Positions 43,405 through 59,461 of a stretch of 64,000 nt of DNA are shown here, in pieces. Made by a program: the position numbers and the translations under genes. Below the pieces are notes generated by a model. That model had not been told where the DNA came from and ran no database searches. It saw nothing but the letters and a program-made list of their open reading frames with translations. This stretch comes from Eledone cirrhosa (lineage: Eukaryota), in contig OZ024754.1 in the NCBI GenBank assembly GCA_964016885.1, positions 2,542,001-2,606,000 of the forward strand, written 5' to 3'. Numbering within the stretch: position 1 is the first letter of the stretch; every line of letters begins with the position of its first letter.

Positions 43405-43620
43405 CCAATCGGCTTTTGACAAATCAGACCGAGGAAACAATGTTTCCATTGGTCTTTCCAATTGCTAATACTATCTATCGGTCGCAACTCCAGGTAAAAG
43501 GAACAACGTGAAATAAAGTGTCTTGCTCAAGGACACAATGCACTGCATAGTCCAGGAATCGAACTCACAACCGCACGATTGCGAATCCAATTCTCTTACC
43601 ACACAGCCTCGCACCTTCAC
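43405..43620 (-). mobile_element. SINE B, more diverged copy
   Basis: caacgtgaaataaagtgtcttgctcaaggaca...aatcgaactcacaac...gattgcgaatccaattctct is shared. Confidence 0.85.
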
Positions 43621-44934
43621 AATGCTAATATTTAGAGAAATTATAAATCTTGAAAAGAGAAACCACATCGAACGAGGCAGCTGAATGAGATAGCATATGG
43701 TAATGAAAAGATCTGTGTTTCGAATCCTGCCGTATGACAACATTACAGAGGTACGATAAAGTAAACTAAAGATATAGGAGTTATAAAGAATTTAGAGCGA
43801 ATATTTGTAGTATACATGACCCTTAAAACATTTCGGTCGTGGGACTGTATAAAGTTGGTTAAATCTCTCCAGTACTTTACTTGTAGTTTTTATTTTATCA
43901 ACCACAGAAGGACGAAACGCTAGGTTGACCTCGGTGACATTTGAACTCAGAATATTAAAGGCCCTAAGTAAGTGCAACAAACATTTCGCCCGAATTGGTC
44001 ATTCTGCAATGTTAACCATAACGTAATATGAGAAAATCACTCGACGGTATGCAACTCATCCATCTTCAATGTTATCTAGATATGTTGTAAATGAAGAGTA
44101 TATTTACAGAATATTTTTGTGACAGCTATCATGTGAATGGTGTTTAATGTGGCTTTTAATTTATTTGACAGCACTAACTTTAGCAAAGACATCATGTTAC
44201 TAATAAACTTCAAAACCACAAACACTACCACCACCACCACCACTATCACCAGCACCAACACCAACACCACCATCCGCACCACCATCACCACCAACACCAC
44301 CATCTCCACCACTATTTTCACCACCACCACTACCACTACCACCACCATCACTACCACCAACACCACCACCACCACCACAAGAAACACTACCACCATCACC
44401 ACTACCATCACTACCACCACCACCACAACAGCCACTACCAACACCGCCACCGCCACCACCACCACCATCATGATCACTATAACCAACAACATTACTATCA
44501 TAGTAATAATAGTAATATATATAAATATCAATAAAGACATAAGTTATTCCTTGGCACCTGTTCTTTTATTTTATTCTTTTGTTCTTGGAATTGTCACTGC
44601 CATTCTTTTGCTTCTATAACACTTTAGTATATGACTGCATAACGGTATGTGTGTGTGTCTGTGTGTGTGTGTGAGTGTATGTGTTTGTGTGTGTGTGTGA
44701 CTGTATGTGTGTCTATGTGTGTGACTGTATGTGTGTCTATGTGTGTGTCTGTATGTGTGTGTATCTGTGTGTGTGTGTGTGTGTATGCCTGTATGTGTGT
44801 CTGTGTGCGTGTCTGTGTGTGTGTGAGTGTGCCCGGTGTGTCTTTGTTTGTGTGAGTGTGAATGCGTGTGTGAAGGTGTATTTGTATGTGTGTATGTGTG
44901 TATGTGTATGTGTGTGTGTATGTGTGTGTGTGTG

Positions 44935-44967
<33 letters not shown>

Positions 44968-45480
44968 TTGTGTGTGTCTGTGTGTGTCTCTCTCTCTCTT
45001 TGCCTCTGTCTGTGTTTGTGAGTGTGTGTTTGTATGTGTGTCTGTGTGCTTGTGCGTGTGAGTGTGTGTGAGTGAATGTGTGTATGTGTGTGTGTGTGTG
45101 TCTGTCAGTGTAAATATATACACGTGTGTTATAATACGACAGTAATACACCAGTGGCTGCCATTTTTTCTCCCATTTTCTCTCAGACTTACAACAAAAGG
45201 TCCTGTCAGGCTCTTTCAAACCCTTATTTCCCACACTATTACAATCTTCCAGCTCCTCTCACTTTAGTTTCTTTCTCCTCCTTTACCCCCCCCCCCTCCT
45301 CTCTCTCTCTATCTATCTATCTCTCCCTCTCTCTTATTCTCTCATTTGCACCCTATTTCAATACCTTTGTATAATCATCTCTTCTCTCCTCATGTTTTCC
45401 TTATCATCAATATCTCCATATACAATTCATCGTATCTACCTCACATACATACCATTAACCTCCACTATTTATGCAGCCTT

Positions 45481-45556
<76 letters not shown>

Positions 45557-46359
45557 TACTTATATATATATTTATATTATTTTCATATTATATTTAAATT
45601 ATGTTTATAATATTTTTCGTATATTATCTATAAACATTTATAGTGCTTCTGCAACTATTTACTATACTGTTCTATACTGTTTTTATATTATTTCATATCA
45701 TTTCATATTATCTATACATTATTTCCATATCATTTCCTACAATTTAATATCATATTTATATTATTTGACAATATTTTATCTTATATCCATCCTCATCAGG
45801 TCGAGCTTGCTCGGCTTTCTACGACACGTTTCCTCCATCCATCTCTGTCTCTTATATTATCTTATATTATTTTATATTAATTTATGTGACATTTATATTT
45901 TTCATATTGTTTTATATTAGCATATATTAGATATTTATTATCTGATATTTATTTTATATAAATTTATATTATAGTTGTTTATTTTATACTATTTTATATT
46001 TTGTGTCAATATATATTTTAATATACTTTATAATATTATATATTAATTTTTTACTATCTATATTTTCATGTACATAATGTCATACATTATTCACTCTTTA
46101 CTTTATTAACAAGCTTCGTATTTTGGCAGCTTTTTCATAAGAGTCTTTAAATTTCTTCATCTTCTTCTTCTCTTCTCTCTTTGCTTCCATTTTGCTTTTT
46201 TGCGTTTATTTGTTTCTTTATATTCTTCACTTTGGTTTGGCATTTCTACGAAATTCTCTGCATTCTCATCTCTTATATTCACCTGGCATCTGATTATATA
46301 TGTTTTGTGTTGATTTATTGAAGTATTTATGTATATATATATATATATGTCCATGTATG

Positions 46360-46456
<97 letters not shown>

Positions 46457-47995
46457 AGAGAGGGAAATGTTGGTATTTTCTTTTTGTTTTTCAGATATTG
46501 GCTTCAGAAAATATTCATTCATCTTTTATATTCCTCAAAACTTTAGCTTTGCTTAGTGTTTTGGTCATTTGCTTAGAGTAAACATTCCCCCCTCTACTCT
46601 GTGATGATGCGCTTTGTTAGTTTCGTTTCGTTTTGTCTAGTAGTTTCAGCTTTTGCATTTACCTTTATCATATCCCCTTTCCCTCTCCCTCTCTCCATCA
46701 TTTCTCCATCGCCCTCTTTCTCTCCATTTCTTTCTCCATCCTTCTATGTATCTATTTATCTATAGGTCTTATTCTCTCTCCCTCTTTCTATCTCTTTCTC
46801 TCCATCTCCCTCTTTTTCCATCCTACTATCAATCTATCTATCTATCTATCCTATCTATCTATCTATCTGTCTATCTATCTATCTATCTATTTAGCTATCT
46901 ATCTACCTACCTACCTATCTATCTATCTATCTATCTATCTATCTGTCTATCTATCTATCTATCTGTCTATCAATCTATCTGTCTATCTACCTACCTATCT
47001 ATCTATCTATAAGTCTTATTCTCTCGAGCTGACTGTTTCGTTTGTTTTCTATCTCATACACCGGGTATTTATATTAACTGTCGATGAAAAGCGACGAAAT
47101 CAGTTCATTTCCCTCTTGCGCGTTTTCATTCATATCCTAACTCCTTCTTAATTCTGAACATATTGATTATGGAATCAAGAATATCGAAAGTTCTAGTTGA
47201 TATAATAACCATCAACAATCTAGAACTGTTCTGGATGAGTGCAAACTGAATAAATGTTAAGGGACCCAATACCACACCATATAAAAGCTGACACAAAATA
47301 AAACAAACAAACAAACAAACTAAAGCAAGCATAACTTTGGACAAACTCTACTATTGACAACTTCAAAATGTCGTCTTTATAAATTTTTTTTTTTTTTTTA
47401 TTATTTATTTTCGTATTTTCCTTCTTTCTTACATATCTCTTCACCCTAATAGTGTGGCAATTAATTGTTAGTCAAAAATGTGGATTTATAACTACCGAGA
47501 GAATATATATAAAACAGAGAAGTTACAATAATAAAAAAAAAAGGAGAGAGACAAATGTAAAATATGATATATGATTTTCTTTTTCATTTTCTTTTAAAAG
47601 AAGCAATAAAATAAAAGAAATACGTAGATTTTTTTTTAGCAGACTTTCTTCCTTTCATTTTGACGTTTCGTTAACAATATCATTATTGCCAGCCTGAATT
47701 CCTCGATTGATTACCAATACATGTAAAATGATGACCGACCGTGTGTGTGTTTTCATTAGAGAAATACATGTTTTACTTGAGATGTCACAGTTCTTTACTG
47801 AAGAAGGCAAACATACTGAAACTTATAGACACACAATAAATAACAACAACAACAACAACAACAACAACAATAACAATAACAACTAAAACACAAATACATA
47901 TTACACAAAAGAAGCAAGATGCACGATAAAACAAACAAATATGCAAACTAACAAACGAAATAATAACTGCAACAACGTCAATAATAGTAATAATA

Positions 47996-48047
<52 letters not shown>

Positions 48048-48458
48048 CAGTGTTATTTCATGTATGGAATGACACCTGTCATTCAGTTCAAAGCTGCTTG
48101 TGAACAGCTTAGATTTAGTTCCTTCTTTAAGATTAAAAATAAATAGAAACAACAACAACAACAACACAAAAAATAAACGAAAGAAAAGATACGACATAAA
48201 AACAAACCCTATACAAAAAAATAAATAAAAGCAAATATATAGATAGATATAAAAACATAACAAAAAGCCCTTAAAAAGACAAAGAGCAAAGAGGAAACGT
48301 CTGGCAGTATTTGGTAGGTTTTTGCAAGCTGTCAAAGAGAAATAATAACGCGCCATGATAAACCCATATTTTAACAAAAGATATTGTAACTAAAGAATTG
48401 TAGGTAGTGAGTGTGGAATACCAGGATCATAATAAATATACATAGTATGTCTCTGTGT

Positions 48459-48542
<84 letters not shown>

Positions 48543-48742
48543 NNNNNNNNNNNNNNNNNNNNNNNNNNNNNNNNNNNNNNNNNNNNNNNNNNNNNNNNNN
48601 NNNNNNNNNNNNNNNNNNNNNNNNNNNNNNNNNNNNNNNNNNNNNNNNNNNNNNNNNNNNNNNNNNNNNNNNNNNNNNNNNNNNNNNNNNNNNNNNNNNN
48701 NNNNNNNNNNNNNNNNNNNNNNNNNNNNNNNNNNNNNNNNNN
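48543..48742. other. Assembly gap, 200 N
   Basis: Exactly 200 N followed by GATC, which suggests a fixed-size Hi-C scaffolding join. The true gap size is unknown. Confidence 0.95.
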
Positions 48743-50400
48743 GATCTGGCACCAGATACTAATTGTGAATTAGCATGTTGAGTTTCTAACTGCTGTGTTT
48801 ATGTAAGAGCTACTCTATAAGAATGGCATCTTTTGAAAGTCTACTATTTTTATACATTTTTTATAAAATTTAGATTAAATATTTTAGCACTCTTCGTGAG
48901 TTACGACACCTTTTTAACACCCGGCTGCAGCAATTTTAATACAACAATATTCTTAGAGCTTTTATATAAAAATAATAGGTAAATCTTCTACTCGACAATG
49001 GCACACCCGGGATGTTGAATGTGTAGGAAAAGCGTGTAACTAATAAGGATTTCGGGAGATGTGTAGCCTATTATTGTATCCGATTTTCCCCCAGTTTTGC
49101 GGAACACCTCGCTACATTTAGCAATGGTGGTGCGACAAAAATTATATATAAGCTGTTAGCTTGTAATGTGTTCAATTTCGTCTTTGAGCATGCAGAAGAA
49201 AACAACAGACTACTCAAGTATAATTATTCCTTAGAATGAATTATGTGGATCTCATCTTACAATGGGTGTCCACGAAGTTTATGCTGTCGCTTAACTGTTA
49301 ATGATTTAGCTTAAATCCCATCTTTACTCTCGTAAGACGTGCTGTTTTAAAAGATGAAGTCGGCATCGTGAGGATTTGAACGCAATGGGAAACTTATATA
49401 TATTCTAAAGTGTAAAAAGCTCTAATAATTCCTCCGTCTTTTTATAGTCATTTAAAGAGCGAAAATATTTATTGGTAGAAAAAATCAAAGTGTCATCTAG
49501 CGATATATATTGTTAAAGTTTTAAAGTAAAATTTACATAAAATTTCTTTAAAACATGTCTAAATTTCAGACACTAAAATATACAAACCAAACTTCGGCAG
49601 AAAAAAGTTACAAACTTTATCGCATTTTTTATGTACTTCCACTTAATCTACATTCCTTTTTATGTTACCAAAGAAGCTGATTCCTCCTTTAGAGATAAAA
49701 TATTCGCTACACCTGTTGGTTCTCCCTTTATTTTCAAGCTACTTTACATCTGTCAAAACAGCTGGCAGTTACATATAACTTGTCACTTGAGTGGCCACAA
49801 AAATTTACTACTTCTACTACTACTACTACTACTACTACTACAACTACAACTACTACTACTACTACAATAAATGTAGGGCTGGACGTTGAAACATAAAACG
49901 AGGGGGTGTGGCAGGAACGCTATACAATAAATAAATTTATATAAAAAAAAGGAACAAGGGTTTTTTTTTGCTATAAAATTTTTTTTTTATTTCTTGTATA
50001 AAATTACCTAAAAATAATAATGAATATAATATTTTGTCAAACATCTAGAACATGAAAGTAGCTTTGCAAAGACTATAAATGCTATAAATTAGAGGAAAAG
50101 GACAAGGATTATTAAGCAAGGAAAGACGGAAAGGGTGAGAGGAGAGATTGACAGATTCTATACCTATAAAACACAACAATTAACCTAAGATATGATATAA
50201 AACAAGCAAAATCTTTAAAGTTACCCACTTAGAAATGAATGGAACTATTCACGACAAGTCAGAGAACGCTAAATTTCTGTTAGCTTTGCCTTAGGTTATA
50301 CACTTTCCGGAGTTTGCCGAAATCAAACGTAAGCATTTCTTCGGTGTGTTCGTGGATAACTTCACATCAAGATCTTTTCTGGCCTTCATGAGCATTATAC

Positions 50401-50546
50401 TGAAGAAGATGATATATCCGACTGTGGGGGTCTTTCAAAGTTCGTCATGAAGAAGATGATATATCCGACTGTGGGGGTCTTTCAAAGTTCGTCATGAAGA
50501 AGATGATATATCCGACTGTGGGGGGGGGGTCTTTCAAAGTTCGTCA
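50401..50546. repeat. 47-bp tandem repeat x3
   Basis: Unit tgaagaagatgatatatccgactgtgggggtctttcaaagttcgtca. The third copy has a longer G run. Confidence 0.95.
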
Positions 50547-50777
50547 TTGCATCTGATATGGCCCGGCTGATCCTCATGTAACTAGGTGTCCATGTTAATA
50601 TGTTTCTTTACTTTTCTTTAAGGGTTGACATATTTTATGGGTTCCCTGATCTCCAAAGACCTCTCTTCTTGCCAATATCTAATGTTTTGGTAAGGTCTAG
50701 AAAGGTCACATACATTCACTTCTACATACATACATATTACATACATACACGTACAATGAATATAGATACACATATGT

Positions 50778-50949
<172 letters not shown>

Positions 50950-51367
50950 GTACATACATAAATACATGCATACATACAAACATATATACATATGTATGTA
51001 TGTGTATGTGTGTGTATGTGTGTGTATATGTGTGTGTATGTGTGTGTGGGTGTAGGTGTGTGTGTGTGTGTTAGATGATTCTCTGTGTACATATGAGTGA
51101 TGGTGATAAACGGTGCTGATATTCTGAGACAGAAAGGCGAGGCTATAAAAAATATGTGAGTCACATAAAGAAGAACAAAATATGAGAGACGATAATTCTA
51201 AATGTGTTAAATGTGAAGTGTATTGGGGAAGCCACGCATACACACAGACACACACATACACACATACACACGCGCATACACATGCATACACGCATGCAAA
51301 CACAGACACACATATATATATACATACATATACTCTTATATACACATATGCACATAGAAACACACAC

Positions 51368-51406
<39 letters not shown>

Positions 51407-51436
51407 CACATATATATATATATGTGTGTGTGTGTG

Positions 51437-51504
<68 letters not shown>

Positions 51505-52363
51505 CAGCAAACCAAATATAATTATTTACCTATATAAATTACCAAAAATATATATTAATTGAACTTTTTACTGTACATTTCTATAGGTGTATGCATGTGA
51601 CTTAGCATATATATATATAAATAGAAGGTATATGTCTATATTTACATATACGTACACTTATGTGTGAATATGTATATGAATATATATATATATATATATA
51701 TATGTGTGAATATCTATATATATATGTGTGTGTGTGTATTGTATGTGTTATATGTGTGTTTATGTGTGTATTTATGTACGTATGTATATAGGTATGTTTA
51801 TGCAAACAAACACACATAGAGAAACAAACAAAGGTGACAAAAGCACGTAACCTAAGAATTTAGTTAAGAAAAATGGCGTCGAAAGCATTTAGATGATTTA
51901 AGAAAACATAAACACACGTACTAAACTGGACGACTCAACAGTTGGACGACCTGTTTAACTAACGGTTCCTGTCCGTTCCTAACACATTCATATTCCTTCT
52001 TTCAAGCATGTCACCTAATATCTATCAACATAACTTGTTGCTAAATAGCTTCTAGCAAGGCATAACGAGACAGGCCGAGACAAGACGAGACTTAGACGAG
52101 ACGGAGAAACAAGATGACTACAAAATCTAATCACACGTATTAGAAACTACTCTATGGCTGTATATAAAAAGTGCAAACATTTAATTTCGGTTTCGGCTCC
52201 AAGACGGGTGTAGTCCGGAGAGAATTACATGGTCGGAGAAATTTGAGATGTCTAAATCTTTACGGTCAGCAAATAAAACAACAAAATGGTGGAAGGTTTA
52301 CATAGAGAGTAAGTGAAAGAGAGAGAGACAGAGAGAGACTGATAGTTAGTTATGCACACACAG

Positions 52364-52619
<256 letters not shown>

Positions 52620-52630
52620 CATATATGTAG

Positions 52631-52722
<92 letters not shown>

Positions 52723-53302
52723 ATATATATATATGTTATACATATATGTATTATATATTACAAATATATATATAAAGTATAATAAAAATAGTGAAAATGG
52801 CGATATTGTTTTATGATTATCACCTGAGCATGTCTGACCAGTAAAATCCTTTGCGGTCAGCTCATGAATGTCACGTGACGTTCTTGATGCTTGACTTGGC
52901 TGTCACCTCATAAAGATTCGTTCGTTCGGAAACAAAATTAGGGCCAAGAAATGTTCCGTTTCTCTTCTTTTATTCTCCAATTGAAGCATAGTTAAACGAG
53001 TATGATATTATAAAGTTGACAACGACTCGGGTCAAGAAGCTATACTGTCCGGCGCCAAAAGCAGACGTACAATGAGAAATATATTTTAGATGTAGTATCG
53101 GTTGGTCTATTTTCTTTAAGCATCCCTTGAATTTGTCTATTGAGTCACCTAATATTTTAAACTATAAACTTACATACAAAATCTCTCTTTCTCTCTCACT
53201 ATCTCTCTCTCTATATATATCTGTCTCTCTCTCTCTCTCTCTTTCACTCTCTCTCTCTCTTTCTCACTCTGTCTCTATCTTGCAAACATAAGCGTGCACC
53301 CA

Positions 53303-53337
<35 letters not shown>

Positions 53338-53340
53338 GTT

Positions 53341-53432
<92 letters not shown>

Positions 53433-53549
53433 CTTATATGTGTGTATGTCTGTGTGTACAAAGAAACTTAGTGAGAAATACAATAAGGCATGCTTTATTT
53501 CAAGCGACATAAGATAAACATGTGTATGCAAAGATATACATATATATAG

Positions 53550-53666
<117 letters not shown>

Positions 53667-53670
53667 CGTG

Positions 53671-53712
<42 letters not shown>

Positions 53713-53804
53713 CGTGTATGCCAAATGTAATGCCAAATACTAAAGCAAACGACACAGTACACTGAAAATATGTATTAGTTTAATACTTAGTAGGAAAAAA
53801 ATAT

Positions 53805-53836
53805 ATACGTTTCGGATACTAGTCCTTCACCAGAAA
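53805..53836 (-). ncRNA. Degenerate hammerhead motif, same family as 10058-10093
   Basis: The minus strand reads ttt-CTGGTGA-aggactagtatcc-GAAA-cg-TA with one core substitution. It shares the flank acacagtaca and an adjacent (GT)n with the 10058 copy. Confidence 0.5.
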
Positions 53837-54257
53837 GTAGAATGAGAAATAAAAGTAAAACTTGACAGGAATAGAGCTCTGAGAACAGAAAACCGGAATA
53901 TTTACAGCAATACACTCCAACCAACGCTATAATGATTCTAAAAATCAGCACCCTCGCATCAGATAGTATTATTTTTATAAAATGTAGCTCATGAAGGGCC
54001 ACATTACTTAATGTCTGAGTCCAAATCCCGCAGAGATTAGACGTTCTCTTTGCATTCTTTGGTTTCGATAAATAATGAAATACCTCTCTGGTGCAGAGAT
54101 CACGTGATAGATGGAATACAACGTGGTATTTGTTATGGGTCATGTTTTTATATGTTCGTTGTGGCCCATTACGGACATATATCGAAAAGCAACGATAGAT
54201 CTAATAATAATATCAATGGGTAACTAGCTGTGTATATATATACACATATATATATAA

Positions 54258-54359
<102 letters not shown>

Positions 54360-54425
54360 GTATATATATATATACACACAAAACACACATATATATAGAA
54401 AGAGAGATATATGTACATACATTAA

Positions 54426-54466
<41 letters not shown>

Positions 54467-54610
54467 TATACACATATACATACATAAATAAATACATATA
54501 CATAAACATATATATATATAAAAATATACATACACTATATATGTATATATAAATATGCATTCTATATATATATATATACACATACTATATATATATGTAA
54601 ATATACATAC

Positions 54611-54642
<32 letters not shown>

Positions 54643-55271
54643 CATACATGCACATACATACATACATACATACATACATACATACATACATACATACATA
54701 CATACATACATACATACATACATACATACATACAGCATTCTGAGTGACAAATAACGGTAACCAACTGCACGCTGCACATTGGAGGTATTAAAATGCTGAC
54801 AAGATAATACCTTGGACGATATATTTTTTTCCCCTTTATATTCTTAACTCAAGTATATAACGAAATCTTCCTCTAGATATTTAACATATTGGTTTATTTT
54901 ATGGCTTTTTCCTTCTTCTCTTTCATTTCTTCGTTTCTAGACATTTGTGTTGTTTTTATCCTCTAAAGGACATCAAGGACAATGAAATTGTATTAGGACT
55001 AATGTTTCCTTCGTAAGAATTACACATTGCTTTAGGTAATATTACTATAACACAAGCAACAGGATTTCAATTCATTCCATTATGGTTTCTTCCCTGTACC
55101 GTCTTTTTTTTCTTTTTTTTTTTGTTCTTTATCGTTTTATTCTTTCTTTTATTTATTTATTTTTACAGATTTTTAGGTATTTTTTTTTTCTTTTTTTTTT
55201 CTGATTTCATGTTTTTATGTTATTACATTTTTCCCATTCTTACATATATATATATATATAAAGAGACATAC

Positions 55272-55345
<74 letters not shown>

Positions 55346-56494
55346 TCCTTTATTCAATTTATCTCTTTATGTAGTCTTGTTCTTTTTAATTTTTTTTTTT
55401 TTCAATTCTTTCTATTGCTTTAGATGTATTTTCAATGTTTGTATGTCAATAAAATTCATTTGTTACCTGACCAACCAGAGAACTGGACAGGTGTTTGCGG
55501 CTACTTTAATACTAAGATACGGCTGGAGGTAAAACACCAAATTCCTCTTATCCGAGATCCCATGTAGCCAGTTCTTCACACAATGGCAACACCAACGAAG
55601 ATATTAACTTCATTTTCTTTTAGTTTGTCTTCTCAATGACTTCCATTCTGAAAAGCGTGACGATTTCTTAACAATGTCTTTTTACACATCGACACTACAT
55701 TTTTTTTTGTAACTATTTTTAAAGTTTGTTTTAGTTGTTGATGTTGTTGTTGATGTCGTTATTATTGTCTTCCCTTGCAACAGACTCTGTGTTGCTTTTG
55801 TTGTTGTTATTGCTTTTTATTGGTTTTCAGTAAAAATTTAATTTAACCAAGACTTGCTTCAGCATACATATTATATATATATATATATATATATACAAGT
55901 CCTCGCCAGAGTTACACACAGAAACTAACATACAAAATCACACATACACATGCGCACTTAAACACACGAACACACAAGGGCTTTCACTCTCTGTCTGTCT
56001 TTCTCTCTCTTCCTCTCTCTTCCTCTCTCTTCCTCTCTCTCCCTTTCTCACACACACACATTTACTTATATCCGTGCGTGTATGTGTGTGTACTAGCAAT
56101 CATTGTTTCTTTATTGAGTAGTTTCTCCGAGGTTGAAATGTGCGTGCAATGGTTTAAACCTAATTCTTTCTGGGGATAAAGCTTTCCCAATAGATGCGTT
56201 GTTTTCTTCAGTTGATATGAGACAAATATATTTACAATTAGATATGTGCAGTGCATATTGAGTATATAACATAAAAAAACAATTCAAACTTGGGAAACAA
56301 AAAAACAAATGTGAAGTATATGATGAGACCTGTAAATAGCTTGTTGTAAAGTTTTCGTTTCAATTCTGTAAAATTTCTTTTAGCAAAGTGTAAATCAAGT
56401 AATGTAATAAAGTTTCAATGAGTATGGTCACAAAACCAAACCACGAACCGAAGATTTTCAAGATACATACATATACATATATATAAACACAGTG

Positions 56495-56652
<158 letters not shown>

Positions 56653-56654
56653 AC

Positions 56655-56736
<82 letters not shown>

Positions 56737-56746
56737 GTATATATAT

Positions 56747-56804
<58 letters not shown>

Positions 56805-56830
56805 ATAGCTATATATATATATATATAGCT

Positions 56831-56871
<41 letters not shown>

Positions 56872-56874
56872 GCT

Positions 56875-56935
<61 letters not shown>

Positions 56936-57094
56936 TAGCTAGCTAGCTAGCTAGATAGATAGATAGATAGATTGATTATATATATATATTCATATATATT
57001 AAGTGATAAGTTTCAGAGAGCCGGTACTATACAGTAAAAATATATAAAACACATTAGATATAAAATAAAACAAAACAAAATATTACGTTTATTG

Positions 57095-57130
57095 AGTAGT
57101 GACGCGCGTTTCGCTATTGATCAGCTCAAG
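57095..57130 (-). ncRNA. Partial hammerhead motif (5' core lost)
   Basis: The minus strand reads TGA-gct(gatcaat)agc-GAAA-cgcgcg-TC. This has the classic PLE palindromic helix III but lacks CUGA. Confidence 0.4.
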
Positions 57131-57198
57131 GTTCGAACTGTATCAATCTATCACACTCTGCTTAGTTCTTACTTAGTTCTTATATATATATATATATT

Positions 57199-57243
57199 GG
57201 TGCATTATGGTCCACCTGGTACCTTGCTACACGTCCTTCGTTA
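57199..57243 (+). mobile_element. 3' tail fragment of the 32449 family
   Basis: ggtgcattatggtccacctggtaccttgctacacgtccttcgtta compared with 32596-32640. Confidence 0.65.
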
Positions 57244-57264
57244 TATACATACATTACACACACG

Positions 57265-57403
<139 letters not shown>

Positions 57404-57982
57404 TTAAAAGGCGGGGGTATAAGACTCACTCTTGGAGTCGAAACTAGCCAGCGGAATTTGACTAGTTTTAATTTTCTTTATTTTTTCTTCTTGCTCTGCT
57501 GCGCTCATAATAACTGGATCCGACCAATGAAAATGTAATATCAATTTGTTGAGATTAATTCGCATCCCAAAGCAATTTTATGGAAAATAATTCAATTTTA
57601 TCTACTTTATACGATAATTCTAATTCATAGAAAACCTATTAAGGCGTGATAAACACTGATTGATACGCTAGTGCTGAGGGTTGGGGCTTTTTACAGAAGG
57701 GAGACGTGTTGAGTTGTAGAGGGTAGGGAAGATTTGTGCTCACAAATTGCGTTGGAAAGTTCAATACTTGGTGTATGCATGAGAGGAATAAAAAATAATT
57801 ATTGAACAATGACAAACAGTTTTATATAGTAATATAATATTGAACTAAGAACAAACAGAATTTGGAGTGAGATTCGTAGAATAGGCAATGGTGCATATGA
57901 CGGTGATGATGATGTTGGTGGTGGCGTTGGTGGTGATCATGGTGATGAAGGTGATGGTGTTTCTATTGATGATATTAGTAAC

Positions 57983-58019
<37 letters not shown>

Positions 58020-58074
58020 GGGAGGATAGTAACATAAAGAATCGCAACTATATGCCACAAATCTGCTCTCTGAC

Positions 58075-58260
58075 GCTCTACCGATATTTCCCAGCTATCG
58101 GATAGGAGAAATAATAAGTTCTTTCTACCATTGGCAGAAGGCCAGGAATTTGGGGAAGAGGAAGGGGAAAGTCGATAATATCGACCCCATTACTTAACTG
58201 GTACTGTATTATATCAACCCTGGAGAGATAGATAGAGGGCAAAGTTGGGGACCTCGCTGG
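58075..58260 (-). mobile_element. Degenerate SINE A long variant
   Basis: ggggaaagtcgataatatcgacccc...ctggtact. Similar decayed copies lie near 37650-37800, 40900-41070, 43800-44000, 49300-49440 and 54000-54100. Confidence 0.6.
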
Positions 58261-58348
58261 AACAAAAACTGCAAAGCAATTGTCAGACTCACAAAACATT
58301 CTACCAATCTACCGACTTAAATAATACTAATAACAGTATTATTATTAT

Positions 58349-58413
<65 letters not shown>

Positions 58414-58431
58414 ATAGTGGTTGTGGTGGAG

Positions 58432-58501
<70 letters not shown>

Positions 58502-58576
58502 GGAGAAACAACTGCATGGTATTATAGTATGATTATGAATAAGCATTAAAGAGCGGTATATATATATATATATAGT

Positions 58577-58665
<89 letters not shown>

Positions 58666-58946
58666 ATAGATAGATAGATAGATATACTGTATATATATAT
58701 ATATATAGATATAGATATACTGTATATATATATATAGAGAGAGAGAGAGATATATATATATACTATATATATATATATATATAGATATACTATATATATA
58801 TATATATATATACATATATATATACTGTATATATATATATATATATACATAGATATAGTGTATATATATATATATATATACATATATATATACTGTATAT
58901 ATATATATATACATAGATATAGTGTATATATATATATAAGCTTATC

Positions 58947-59122
58947 CCGGGTTCAATCGGAGTAACCACAGTATGCAAGGTACTCAATACATAGCAAAGT
59001 ATAAATATTTAATATAGAAATGGCATCTACAGGACTAGAACTGTTTCATTCGGGAGAAATCATCAGGAAGCTCCAGAATGAAACTGTTCTAGTCTTGTAG
59101 AAGCCATTTCTATATTAAATAT
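58947..59122 (-). mobile_element. pLTR-like element with ~50-bp inverted duplication (59005-59056 / 59071-59122) and hammerhead core
   Basis: The minus strand reads CTGATGA-tttctcccgaat-GAAA-cagt-TC at 59038-59066. A second, non-inverted copy lies at 36021-36131. Confidence 0.65.
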
Positions 59123-59130
59123 ATATAGAG

Positions 59131-59204
<74 letters not shown>

Positions 59205-59461
59205 CGAGAAATGAGGAGAGATGAGTGTGGGAGAGAGAGAGAGAGAGAGATGGAGAACGTAAAAGACAACGATAAGTGGAGGTGCTAGAAAAGTCGTATA
59301 GGATTAATAGATGTCAAAGAGAAGAAGACATGTTTTAGTGTTACAAAGCTATACATATATTGCTCTATATTCCTTTGCCATATATTGACTGCTGCCGGCT
59401 TGGATTTACTCTCAAACTTCTTTCAGTCTTCATTTCAATTCTTTCGTCCAAATATCATTAA

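Noticed and set aside
45811-45820. CTGATGA box on the minus strand (also plus strand at 550 and 60556)
   Set aside because: No correctly placed GAAA with stems I and II.
47126-47288. GVVLGPLTF resembling the RT GSVLGPLLF motif, or a minus-strand exon
   Set aside because: No neighbouring PQG or YADD motif, and no convincing donor site.
47799-47830. CTGAAGA...GAAA hammerhead-like string (also 31278-31305 and 47075-47105)
   Set aside because: Stem II or the core is too weak to separate from chance, although they may be decayed copies.
50401-50546. CRISPR-like array
   Set aside because: The units are contiguous with no unique spacers, the context is eukaryotic, and there are no cas genes.
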